Shown here in pieces: positions 27,901 to 40,900 of a DNA stretch of 64,000 bases. Source of the stretch: Nymphaea colorata. Taxonomy: Eukaryota. The position numbers and the translations under genes are program-made. Each line of letters begins with the position of its first letter. Within the stretch, counting starts at the first letter, position 1. The DNA is taken from assembly GCF_008831285.2 (NCBI RefSeq), contig NC_045138.2:23374001-23438000 (forward strand). The letters run 5' to 3'. Under the pieces are notes generated by a model that was not told the origin of the DNA, did not search any database, and saw only the letters and a list, made by a program, of their open reading frames with translations.

Positions 27901-30871
27901 AGGGGATAGTTCTCGCGCCCACTAGCAGCCGGTATCTCTCTCTCTCTCAATTTTTCATGCGAATGAAAAAAATGGGTTACATGATACTTAAAAGGAATAC
28001 ATCAAGACAACGGGTCGGGCAAGATCCAGACCCGGACCCGAACAAACATACATGTCAACAATAAGAAACTAACCATTAAGCTACTTTATACTTGCAAACT
28101 TTAACATAAGTGAGTGTCAAACATCACAATAATTAATATTGATGATAAACGACCTATGTCATACAGATGCTGCATTTTCAGTGCAGCACCCGAGTTGACA
28201 CAACTTGGGTGCGGGTGTGGATGCGGGTGCGGCTCCCAAGGCCAGTCAATGAGAATTGGGTGTGGCTGACCGCACCCGACCAAGATTGTTCGATTTTGGT
28301 GCGCACCTGACTCGGGTCAAACGTGAGTCAGGTGTGGTCAATCGTGTCAGTCTACATTTGTTTGTTTTTAGTTTTTTTTTTATCATTTGTTCACAAAACA
28401 AAAGGGGATTAGGGCTTCGACTTAGTCGAAAGCCCTTCATTTGCCCTTGACGTGCCTTGCTGTTGTGCGGCGATCATCACAGTTTGCCGGCAACATGAGA
28501 CCGGCGTGCTATCTTCCAACAACTGGCGGCAACCTTCAACGCATTTCTAGCACAAGGCAGCCAGCGCAAGACCATCTGGTCCATCTCCGTTTGGCGTTTA
28601 GAAGCGCTGGCTGCTGGGTCTCCACCCAAATGTGTCAGAAATCAGCTACGAGTCTGCCATCCATCTAGTCGATTTCTTGCTGCCGCTTGCGTGTTTGTCT
28701 TTCATTGCTATTTCTCTTTAATTCGATTATTGTTTTTGTCGCCTTTGTCTTTTGGGGATGATGGCTACAACTCCATTTGGCATTTGCTCATATTTGCAGT
28801 GTGTTTTACCATTTTTCAGTTCTTTTTCATAATGTTCAGGATTTAATGATTATTTTCTGAAATGTGGAATTGTTTGATCGTTGTTTTCATAGTATGCACT
28901 ATACATTCTTGAGTTTGACTGTTAAAGTGTTAATGTTTTTTACCTAGATCAGTTTTTTGTTTTGCTGCAATGATGGTTATACTGTTGTTTAATGTTTACT
29001 TGCTTAGCATGTTTTTCTGACTAATTTATGTTGGGTTTTGCTGTTTTTGATAGGGTCCATAATTTGATCTGTTTTGCTGCAATGACTGTTAGCACAGAAT
29101 GTTTGTGTGTGTGTGTGTGTGTATGTATAATAGTAATAATAATAATCATAAATTACCTCGCCACACCTAGTCTTTTTGGAATGTGTCTCTCTGGCACCGG
29201 CTCCGGCACCCGCACCCTGCACCTATGTGACATAGTAAACAACTAATCAACTCATTTAACATAATTTTCGTAAAACTGATCCTGCTATTGAGTTGATGCA
29301 GTGAGAGGCTGAGCGGAGCTGAGTCAGCGGAGTCATTTTTAAACATTGGTAGAGAGGAACAGGGAGGATAATTTCAAAATTGGGCTTGAAACTAGACATG
29401 TCTGTTCCAAGTGAATTAGATGTGGCCTAATCATTTCATTATATATATACTTATATAGCGCCTAAGTCACATGGATACTTCAATAAGGTCCATGTACCCG
29501 TGTTGCCATACCCGTATCGAAGGTGGATACTTGAACACACTTGGGTACTTTTTAGATCAAATCCTATCCAAACTGTTTAATTTTACATGATTTAATTTTT
29601 TCTAACCTAGTTTTCATTTTGTTTTTAGAGTTATTGTTCATTAACATGCAATGTTTTTATTTAAAATCACTTGTTTATTTAATTGTTGCTGTCATTTTGA
29701 TTTTTTTGTGTGTTATTTTGCGTGTATACATATTCATATCTTGTCGTACCCTCGTACCCGCTTTTTCTAAAGTTTGTCGTGTCCGTACTCGTATTTCTGT
29801 ACCCTTACCAGAGTCGTACCCGTACCCATGTGACTTAGATATAAGGTTGACAATATTCTCGATGGATAAAAATGTCGATCAATAGAGACATTATACATAC
29901 CCTTTATACTAAATATGCATTTGAATGACATTTGTATTCTTGATTTTCATAAGAACAGTATTTTGCTTGATTTTTGCCTTTTTTGGTATTTTTTTTCTAA
30001 TTTTCTGATTAAAAAAATATAAACTAACATCTTTTAAATCATGTTGTGTTACATATATAGGCATAGCTATTAGTCCAATTGGTGCATGTTATGTTACACA
30101 CTATACAACATTGCATCTGGCTACAAAAGGTTATTTTGATGTACTTTCTCAAACTGGAAAAAAAGCATGCCTTTCGGTTAAAGATCTACTAGTTTGAAAT
30201 TTAAAGGTCAAATGCTGGATTGCCTAGCTAATTGTCCTCTTGGTTATGGTGTGAAAATAAACATGTGTTGAAACTCCAGATTGTGCTTCATCTAGAGAAG
30301 TTAATCATGGTTATTCATTCTTACAGGTTGCATGTTCCTCACGCAGCAGTGACCATATTCTTTTGTTTGACATTAGCTACATTTCTTCTGAACCGTCTGA
30401 TGTAAGTCTTTGGCTTTGACTTCATGGATGTATTTTGTGTTAGTGGATGGGAAAGAGATGCCTTTAGTTCTTCTTGAACAGAAGTTGGTGCTCATGCACT
30501 TGATTGAAAAAATTATTCCTTGAAGAAATAAAGTTCTTCCAAGGGCATGACGTTTTCTCATTTATGTTAATAGTAATACATACTCATTTTGGATTAGTTA
30601 ACTACATGGCAGCCCCTTTTGCCAAACTCTATTCTCGACTAGAACATACTGTTATACTGTCACGTGGGCACACCTAAAAGGTAGTCACATCCGTGTGGAC
30701 ACAACATGACATGAGACAGGCATGAGACAATGATTGGATGCAATCATGGGTGCGCTCACTGCATTCTGTGCCCTTTCCTGTTCAATTTTGAACGATCAAC
30801 TTTGATTGAGTTAAATTTTCTGTTTCTTTGCATGCTCTTTTACTGAACTATACGACTCTTACTCTTTTATA

Positions 30872-30918
<47 letters not shown>

Positions 30919-31832
30919 TCATGCATTTTAATTAAATTAGTAAGTTGTCTCACTAATCTCTTTCTTACAAATAACGTTTTTTTTACATGCTCAGTTACTT
31001 TTGCAATATTCATTCATAATGAAAAGTAAATGCTGCTCTCGTTTCTTCCTTTCCATCTATGTCAGTTGATTAAATTCGATGGCTTATTCAATGGTAATTC
31101 ACTTTCTTGCATGCTCATTTATATTCAATTCAATAGCATAAAGGAAGGAGAAAGCATTCTACATGCACACACACTGTTCCTGCACCCAATTTTTTTGAGT
31201 TACTTCTTGCCCACATCCACAGCCACATTGACAACCATTTAGCTTAGCTTGAAACCATTGTAATTTCTATATCTTGAAATCACAGATTAGGGTGGAGGTT
31301 TATGTATTTATCATTCTCAATTTTTATTTTTTGGCAGTTTTTTATAATGATTTTTGAGTAGATGATTCTGACTTATTAGCTGCATTTTTTGCAATCGTGT
31401 TCAGGTGTTGAAGAAGAAGCCCACATCTCAAGGGCATAAAAAACCTAAAGGGTTATCAGATATTGTGTTCATTCCAAGCAGCAAATCAAGGTTAGCAAGT
31501 AGTGAAAGGTCCAAGTGCGTGATGGCTTTTGGCATTTTTTTTCTCTTATTATTCTGTTTTCTCTGCAAAATTAACAAATCTGCACGCTAGTTCTTGCAGT
31601 AACATGTCTTCTGCCATGTTTGTTCTCTTCTAGAAATAACTTTTTTGGGGAAACATTGTGCTGAATAGCTGATGCCTTCTCCTTTTCTAGCACGACAGGC
31701 ACTGCACCTCAGAAGAACTGATAATGATTTGTTTCACTCATTTTATTAATCTTGGACATCTCTAATGTCTTCTATCTTCTCAGTATCTCAATATATATGT
31801 GTAATCTTATCGTCAGACGTATTGATCTTTAA

Positions 31833-31913
<81 letters not shown>

Positions 31914-34900
31914 TTAAAGATCAATACGTCTGACGATAAGATTACACATTGATACAAGTGGGAGGCTGCATATCAGGCAGAGGAATGAAACAGAATGTAT
32001 GTTTTAGTTTGTAATGAAGAAGCATCATAGTATTTTGTATCTCTTAATAGATAATTGTGAATGGCATGACATTGGAAAATTTAAACTAAACTATCTCAGT
32101 AAAATTGTGGCATTTGACGATCTTTCTTGTGGAATTCATTAAGTTTTAGTATCATTTTCATTTCTTAAAAAACTGATGCTGTTGAGAGAAAATGCTTTGT
32201 TCTTGTAATACAAAGCAGCTTGATTTTAGGTGTCAATCTTCTGTGTCTACAGTAAACTCAGTACTTCTCTCTCTTCCTCTCTCTTTTTCTTTTTTCTTTT
32301 GTTTGTTTGCTTACAGACTTCAAGAGCTCATCTTCCCTCATGATCCCTTTTGGTAGTGTTGGCTACCCTGGTGTTGCTGATACAAGGAAAACCCAAACAC
32401 ACGCACACAAAATGCCCTAATCCCCAGATTAGGTAACACCTTCCAGAGAGATTTGCCTCACAAGACTGCTATTGACAACCTCCTAAACACCTGCCCTATG
32501 TGTTTATTATATACATGTAGTTTGAGTGCATGCCTATCTTTGTGATGGACATGACCTGTAACTTGACCTGGTGACTATCAATACTCCCCCTCTTTCAACA
32601 AACACCTTGTCCTCAATGCGTGAACCCTAAAATTAGCTGCTGACTGGAAAGAGTACTACCTCAGTACAAGTTAAAGTGGGAGATCCACTGCACTAAAATT
32701 AGCTGCTGATTGGAAAGAGTACTCCCTCAGTTTCGACAAGACAAAGTAGGAGACCCACTGCAAGTGATGGGTAGCAAAATCATCATCGATGCATGCAAAT
32801 CCCTTCTGTCCATCCATTCTCCTTGAAGCTGCTGTGGTGCATCATCATTAAGATTCAGTTCAATTTGCTAGTACTCTGCTGCAAGAATTACCCACTCATC
32901 CTGTGTTGGAATGAAAATCAGTCATGCATCTATTTGAGGAAGTTCATATCCTGTATTGGAATCATGCTTGCTAGCTGGAAAGATTTTGAGTTCAACTATG
33001 TGTTCAATGCAGTGAAGATTAGGATTCTCCCTGGGTAACCATCTAGTGGAGGTTGAGGTCTGGAGCCATCGCCCATGTGTTTTTGTACTTTTGTGATGTG
33101 ACAGAGAGGTGGGCTCGAGAATATGTTAATCCTAGGGTACCTAAGAGCCTTGCCAATTTTCTACTCTCTCTAACTACAGAAACAATAGAATGTTCATTCC
33201 TCAGAAGTTCCATGTCTGCAATTACCTTGAGGTCATTTTTCATTGCATGTGTCCAATGTTGAGGCCACTTATTTTTTAATGGATAAACCAGGCTTCTGTA
33301 AGGTCTGAATCTGAAATTTCAAACTACAAGCAGCAAGATCCAAGAGTTCAAATGGGACAATAAAAAATTTAGTTCCGATATTTTTGAGAAATAGATATCA
33401 AAATAGAACTCACCAACCTTTTTTCACACTAACAAGAATGAACCTAGATCACCAAATAAATTGCTGGCATTAACATGACCTTCATCCCTAATTTTACTTG
33501 TAAATCAGGTCTGAACTTAATGATAGAAACACTTCAAGAATCACACTCTTGAAGATACCAGCCACTCTAAGAAACCACACAAGGAAGAACCACAAACTAG
33601 AGGTGAAAAACTTGTATTCAATCTTAAATAATACACAAAAACTGGCCTTAAAGCCTACACAAAGCAAAGGACCCAAGTCCCTTATTTATAGAAGAAAGAA
33701 AGGAAGAAGAAGAAAAAGGAGCTAGCTGTTGGGCAGCTCCAACAGCTAGATCTCTAGCCGTTGGAGCAGCCAACAGCTAGTTCCTTTAGCAAATAAAAAG
33801 AAATAAAAAAATATACAGAAAAATACACAAAAAATAAAAGGAAAATAAATATAAGAAGGCCTATGCATACATATATCTATTTATCTACAAATCATACATC
33901 AAACTGCTAGGAGTTTAAGTATGAAGTAAAGGGGTTTTGACCCCATCATATTTCGGTCTAAGACCAAGAATAAATTTATAAATTTTTCCCTTTGAATTTT
34001 TTTTCTCTTAGCACTATATCTCTTGGATGAAACCATTCGGGTTCAAATAAGGCTAGTTCATCTCATAATTGTTCCATCTTTCTAACATACTCCTAAGTAG
34101 CTTTATCTTTTTGTTGGAGACTTGCAATCTTCATTTGAAGGTTGCACATGTAAGCTACATCCTTCATAGCATGAGTTTTCTTGAGGAGTTCCCAAGCTTC
34201 ATAAACAAAGTTATGTTTGGCTATTTGACTCAATTGTAGTATCAACACAAACAAGATCTATGTAATGATTTTGTGGTGTCCTATCTTCCATTCTTCTTAT
34301 TTTTCTCATATTCATTCACAACTTTATCTTTTTCGATTCCATCTAGTTCATGGGTTTTCCATCCAAGGTTTTGGTTAAAACTAATTGTGGTTCACTTTTA
34401 GACCCATCAACAAGTCCCCACAATCCTTTACTTCTAATGAAGTGTTCTATGGCTCTTGTCCATTGAATATAATTAGATGAAGTAAGTTTAGGGAGACAAA
34501 TGAAAGTAGTTTTCTCATTCATGATGTGAACCTTGTATAGATGTAGTTGAGTTGTTGAGGTCGCACTAAGATGAAAACATCCACAAAAACAACAAGAAGA
34601 CAACTTGAGGCAATACCAAAACAGTCCACGAAATCAGTCACAAAAATTAGCAAGATAGAAACTTGTGAGAGCACCAAGAACAGCCACAAAAGTCAGCGAG
34701 ATATCCACGAAAAACAGCCACCAAAGATCAACAAGAAGACAGCTCCTCTTGTGCAAAACAGCAGCCAATCCTTCTGTCAAATAGTTGGTGTGCTTCACAG
34801 TTACGAATAGGCAGCAAGGACTGATTTTTCAAGGCTTTGAAAATCAGCAAACGAAAGGCCAAACCACAATTTGATACCGTGTAAAACAGGGCTGAACTTA

Positions 34901-37900
34901 ATGATAGAAACACTTCAAGAAGGTACCAGCCAGTCCAAGAAATCACACATGGAGAAACCTCAAACTAGAGGTGAAAAAATTGTATTCAATCTCAAATTAT
35001 ACACAAAAGCAGGCCTTGAAGCCCACACAAAGCAATGGATCCAAGTCCCTTATTTATAGAAGAAAGAAAGGAAGAAGGAGAAAAAAGAGCTAGCTGTTGG
35101 GCATCTCCAACGGCTAGAAATCTAGCAGTTGAGAGTAGCCAACAGCTAGTTTCTTTAGCAACTAAAAAGAAATAAAAAATATACAGAAAAATACACAAAA
35201 AATAAAAGGAAAATAAATACAAAAAGGCCTAGGCATACATACATATATTTATATATACAAATCATACATCAAACTACTAGGAGTTTAAGATATATGATAG
35301 TACATATAAAAACATATATGTGTACTTACATTTAGAGCCAATCCTTAAATTCTAACATTACTATTATCAAAATTAGAACTGCACCTGTTATCATTCTTAT
35401 GTTCTTGCTGTCCATGCAAATTAAATCCATCAGGCGCACTGGAATCCACTGCCTTGACAATATCTGCTAACATTGGATAAACTGAAGCTGAATTTCCAAA
35501 ATCCTAATCTTTCATTTTGTTTGTAGTGTAAGGGACAAGAGCAGCACCTTGTGCAATAGGTTCAGCATTTAAAATGGCATGGAAAATAGCAACTCTTACC
35601 CCATATCGACATCATTGGTATTACTAGGCACTTCTGAATGATTCAAGGGCATTTCTTCATTTGGAAGAAGTTTACATTGTTCATTTGGGTCATGTCTATG
35701 GCCTTGAACTTCAAGCTGAACCTTTTCTTCTGGCCCATTTCCATTAACTTCCAGTAGGTGTAACAGTTACAATATAGGAGCCACAACTTCCAGCGCTGTT
35801 AAATCTAGAATTATCAGCGAGCAAAGGAACAAAAACTCCAAGAAATTTCAGGGCAGAAACACCAGCAGCTCTTGCCACTTCAGCCTGCTCAAGCACTATT
35901 TCCTGTGCTCCAGCTTTCATTTTCTTGGCAACTTCCACTTGCATTCTTTGCAGCCCAGAGCTCGTTGATTGCCAAAATGAGTAAAGCAGTTCCGTTTTGC
36001 TGGACATTGCTCCCCCAACACCCGCCTGATTGGTAGGACAAGTTAACAATGCCACCAAAGCATGCACCGTGATTACAGAATCAAAGCTGACTATGATAAG
36101 AAGAGAAAAAGTCAGGTCACACAAACCTTGCTAGGTACCTCTTCCCAACGGTCCTTTACATTGCATTATTGTCTCTGTTGGTTGAAGTGGCCTCTGCTAT
36201 GTATGTTGCAGGGAACCAACATTTTGACCTCTACTTGAGCGAGAATTCCCCACCTCTATATTTAGTTTCATCTCTACTACAAGTCTCCTGCCCTCCTTTC
36301 CAGCTGGAGCTTTTGAGTGTGGGTGCCACATTTTGTTTGACTTGCAATACTCATTGTAGGTCCTGCAATCTTTTCCCTTAACCACATCCACTGGCTGACA
36401 CTCTTCTTGTGGCCTCCCTACCACCCTTTTTTTTTTGTTTTTCTTGACAATTAACTACTGCAGTTGCACATTTCCTTGGTCGATTAACATAAGCATTGGA
36501 CTCATTGTTTTTGTTCAACTCTACCTTGACTGCTATGCAATCCCCATGGGCCAAATTTCTGGAAGTTCTCGCATTGACAGGTTTTTCATGGTCTGCAGCC
36601 ATGGTGGTTTTCCAGGCTGCCACATCCGTTTCTTGCACCTGAACAAGGTTGTGACCTCCTTCCAACAAAACTTGCTTTAGGAGGGCTCTATAAAAAATTT
36701 TGGGGCCTCAATTCTTTGAGGGTGGCAAGGCACCATAGCTGCAGGCAACCACAATGCCTCCGACAACTAGGATCTCCTTCTTGAGCAACGATTCAATGAC
36801 ATCAGTCTTACTCGACACTCTTGAGCCATCGACTATAGCGGAAAATGGTCTTTTCAGATTAGAAACAACAGCAACCCAACAATCGCATTCTTTCTGTATG
36901 AGAAACCTGACAACTGAAGGCTTCAAAAATATTGTGACACTGCCTGTTGAAACATATGCAAGGTCTGCAGGTGAAGTAAATTGTTTTGGCAAAGTCAGGG
37001 TTGTTCTTTTCTTCCTCCTTATAGGACTCAACATGCTTTAGAAGCAATGCACGTCTCTTCAGAAGAGAAGGTGTCTGCTTCTCCACCTTTGCACCACTGT
37101 AGTCGATGGCTGACTCAGTAAACTCATGCCCGACTCCATGGAACTCACCATTTGGAATTGGTGCAAAATGAGTGTGAACTGCTTCACCTGCATTCCCTAA
37201 AACTCGTCCACCTCTTCTCTCTTGTTAAGTCTTACTTTTTTTATCTTCCTGAATCTCCCTCTTCATCGCTGCTACTGTCCTCTTTGATGCTCCCTTTAGG
37301 ACCATTTTGTGAGTGGTAGAAGAGCTGATCTCAGGACCAGTGGTCCTCTATGTCCTCCACCTTGTTAATCTTGTTGAACCACACTTCCATCAGTCCCTTA
37401 ATAATCTTCTGCCCGGTCATGAATGTTTGCATCCTCTACTCAAGGATTGCAGGATTGTTTTCAAGGTTTTGGAAGCTCTCCTCCATCTTCCTCAACGACC
37501 TAATTCTTTAACGTGTAGGAAACTTGGCTCTCATACCAGGTGGAAGTGACAGCTACCCTGGTGTCGCTGATACATTGGGAAACCCAAACGCACACAAGCA
37601 AAATGCCCTAATCCCAAAATTTGGGTAACACCTCCCAGAGGGATTTAACTCACAAGAATGCTATTGATAACCCCCTAACAGCTGCTCTGTGTGTAGATAC
37701 TATATAATATATATACATGTAGTTTGGGGCACATGTATGTTTGGTGAGTGGAACCAACCTGTAACTTGACCCGGTGAGTATCACCTTTTTTATTTTTGCC
37801 TATATAAAATACCTCTTTGATGCTTAGCACCTTCTTTTCCTGACTAGAAAAGACAACTTTCTGAAAACAGGATCCACTTGAACCAATCCTCCCTTATGTC

Positions 37901-40900
37901 TGGTTTTGGGACATATGGGTTTCTTTCCCCACCTGAGGAGTTGACATTTCAGCTGATAGGAACAATAGCATAGGGAACTAGAAGATCTTTCGTGTGACGG
38001 TGAGAATAAACAGAATTCACCTGCCTCTGCTAATACTCAATTGCTTCTCTAAAAAGGTATCACTCACAGAAAAAGAGTTGATAAGAGAGAGAAATGGTTG
38101 GACTCATGTTTGAAGAAAGGACATAATATAAATATTAAAGTAGTGATAGATGAAAGTTGTTGCCTCGGTGTCTACATCCAAAAAATTGCAAATATCCTCA
38201 ACCGAGTAATTCTTCTGAAATTCTTGTGAAAAGCAGAAAATGCTTCTCCCTTTCTCTTTCATGGGAAGATATCCCTTCTACAGCAGCTGGGCGGTGTTAG
38301 AAATTATGCATATACTTTTATGAGTGTGCGTGTGTGATATATATATATATATATCATAGTCTCAAAAAACACGTTTTTTTTCGAAAAAGAACACGTTTAA
38401 ACCATGAAAATTAAGATGGCAAAAAAAGCACAGTTTTTTTGAAAAAAAATACCAAAACGAAAAAAACATGAAAATTTTATGTTTTTCCTGTTTTTCTCTT
38501 TTAAGGTACTTTTTCATGTTTTTCAATGCCAGACTTGTTGTTTCCATTTTCTAGCTTTTATTTGTTGTTATCTACTTCTTGATGGTGTCTTATTATTTTA
38601 TCATTTATTTTATTTTTCTTTCGTGTTAGGATATTTTAAAAATTTATCGAAATTACCGTATTTTCCCCTTTTTTTAAGCTCATCGTATTCTGCCTGAGAA
38701 AAACCTCGCTGTTTAAAATGTGAAAATGATACTTGTGGCAATGAATATATAAAAACACACACACACATACATAACTATAACTGTATATGTTCCATCCATG
38801 TACTTATGTGCTTGTATATAGGGTTAAGTTTGTATTTCTCCTTTTTCTTTTTTTTTTTTTGAATTTATTTTTCAATTTGGTTAACATGGAATTTGACTAG
38901 ATTGGAGCTAGTCACGGGACTAACTCTCTAAGAGGTTTTCTTCTTTATTTTTTTGTGGTTTGTCTATAAATTAGACAGGAAATCCCTATTGTAAATTTAC
39001 TATCCTTAGCAGTCTTTCTCCTGATCTTTAATAAAGTTCTCATTCAATTGTCCATTGTGTTCTTGGTGTTCTTTGACTGAAGATTATTTTTGGCTATTAG
39101 CATCCTTATTGTTGGCAATGTTCTAGGCTGTTATCAGCCTCATTTACATAGTATCGGAGCTTTGGTTCTGATCTTTCAGCTGGTAATTCGCTTCAAATCA
39201 TTGACAGATTCAAAGCTGCACTTTTCACCAGCTGTTCAGTGAAATTTCTGTGACAGAAAATGTAGATTCTTTGCTGATTTCTGGACTATAGCCGATCAAA
39301 GGTTCTGTCTGGTTTCTTTCTCCATCAAACCTTTTCTAACATCATTATAATCTGTTGATTAGAAGATCGAAAGCTCACTTGATGGAGGAATTTAAGATTT
39401 CCATTGAAGGAGAGAGTTACATTGCTCCATACAAGCTTGATGAGGCTGGTAGATTGGCTCACAAAGTTGAGTGGAGGGTTCTGCAATTATACATGCATTA
39501 TTGCCTTGGAAGTGGAACATAATGGCGGCAATGAATCAGCTTTGAGAACTTGATGGCAATCACATTATTTTTCTCTATAGAATAAACCTCTTATATTTGG
39601 AAGATGCATTAGCAAGTCCATTGTCTTGCTTAACTAACATTCTTACTTACAAATGGATAGGGGTATTGAGTTGATAGTAAATTGTCTGATCTTCTCATAT
39701 TTTGTCATCATCTTTATTCATGTTTAATGCTAGACGGATGCTGTTGATTTATCATGCTTTATTCTTTGGTATTGCTATTGTTGATTGCACTATGGTCTTC
39801 ACTTCTTGTGCTTAAGCACTGGATGTCTTCTGTAAATATGTTGCTGATATGTCCTCATGCATCTTGTTAGAGTGGTTGCATGTGGTTTAGATGGTGTGCT
39901 ATATGCCTGGGATAGAAGGATCAGTAATTTCCCATGCTTTGAGCTTAGTTCCTCATGCTGTCAAAGCCCCTTCAACAGCATACAGCTGAGTAAGGATGAA
40001 CAGGTCAGTAATTTTGTTGTTTATCTTTATCATTTTGGTAGGCTTTTTTTTTTTTAAAAATGTACAATGTGCTTATCAATTTGGTACTTGTATGCGTAAG
40101 CATTTAATACAGCTATTTCTGCACATGTGAACTTCTCGGAAAACCTCTTGGAAGTTGCATAGGTGACTAATAGATGAAAATGGGTATCAGTACATATATT
40201 ATTTTATGACAAAGAGACCACAAAAATCTGTGAGACGCTTGGGCTTGTTTAAATGGTATCTTGGCTTGAGGCTCTATCTCATTAGTAAATAAGACCAGCT
40301 TGAGCCTTGCTTAGTTGCACAACCCAAGCGTGGGGCAGGTGTAATGTACAAACACAAATAAAGGAATGGATTTATATCACAAACTCAAAGCTCACAAGGG
40401 TAACACTGACAAGAGCAAGCTACACAATGTGCATGAATGCACAACAAGAAACGAAGAACCTTTCAATACAGAAATGATATAGAAGAAAGGAAAAATAAAG
40501 ACTTCATATATATGTGTGTGTGTGTGTGTGTGTATGAATAAGCTCATCAGAACAAAAAAATTTGTTAAGAAGAAACAAAAATCTACGCGATATGAGGGCC
40601 TTATTAAAGATGTCTATTAACTAGAACTTTGAGTAGACATATGGAACTGAATGATCTTCCTGGGAAATCCTTCATAAATATAGTGGCAGTCCATTACAAA
40701 AAGCTTGGTTTGTTTGTAAAATGTATGATTGCTGGCTATATAGATTTGATTTTTTGTTGTCAGAACAAAGTTTGGTTCGTTCTTGAAGATAAATGTTGAT
40801 TTCTGTTAGAATATCTTGTATAGGGAACCGGGTCTGGATATGGACCCGGTCCCATGGGCGCGGGTACCGAGGGTGGCTCGGTACCCTAGGCGGGCCTCCC

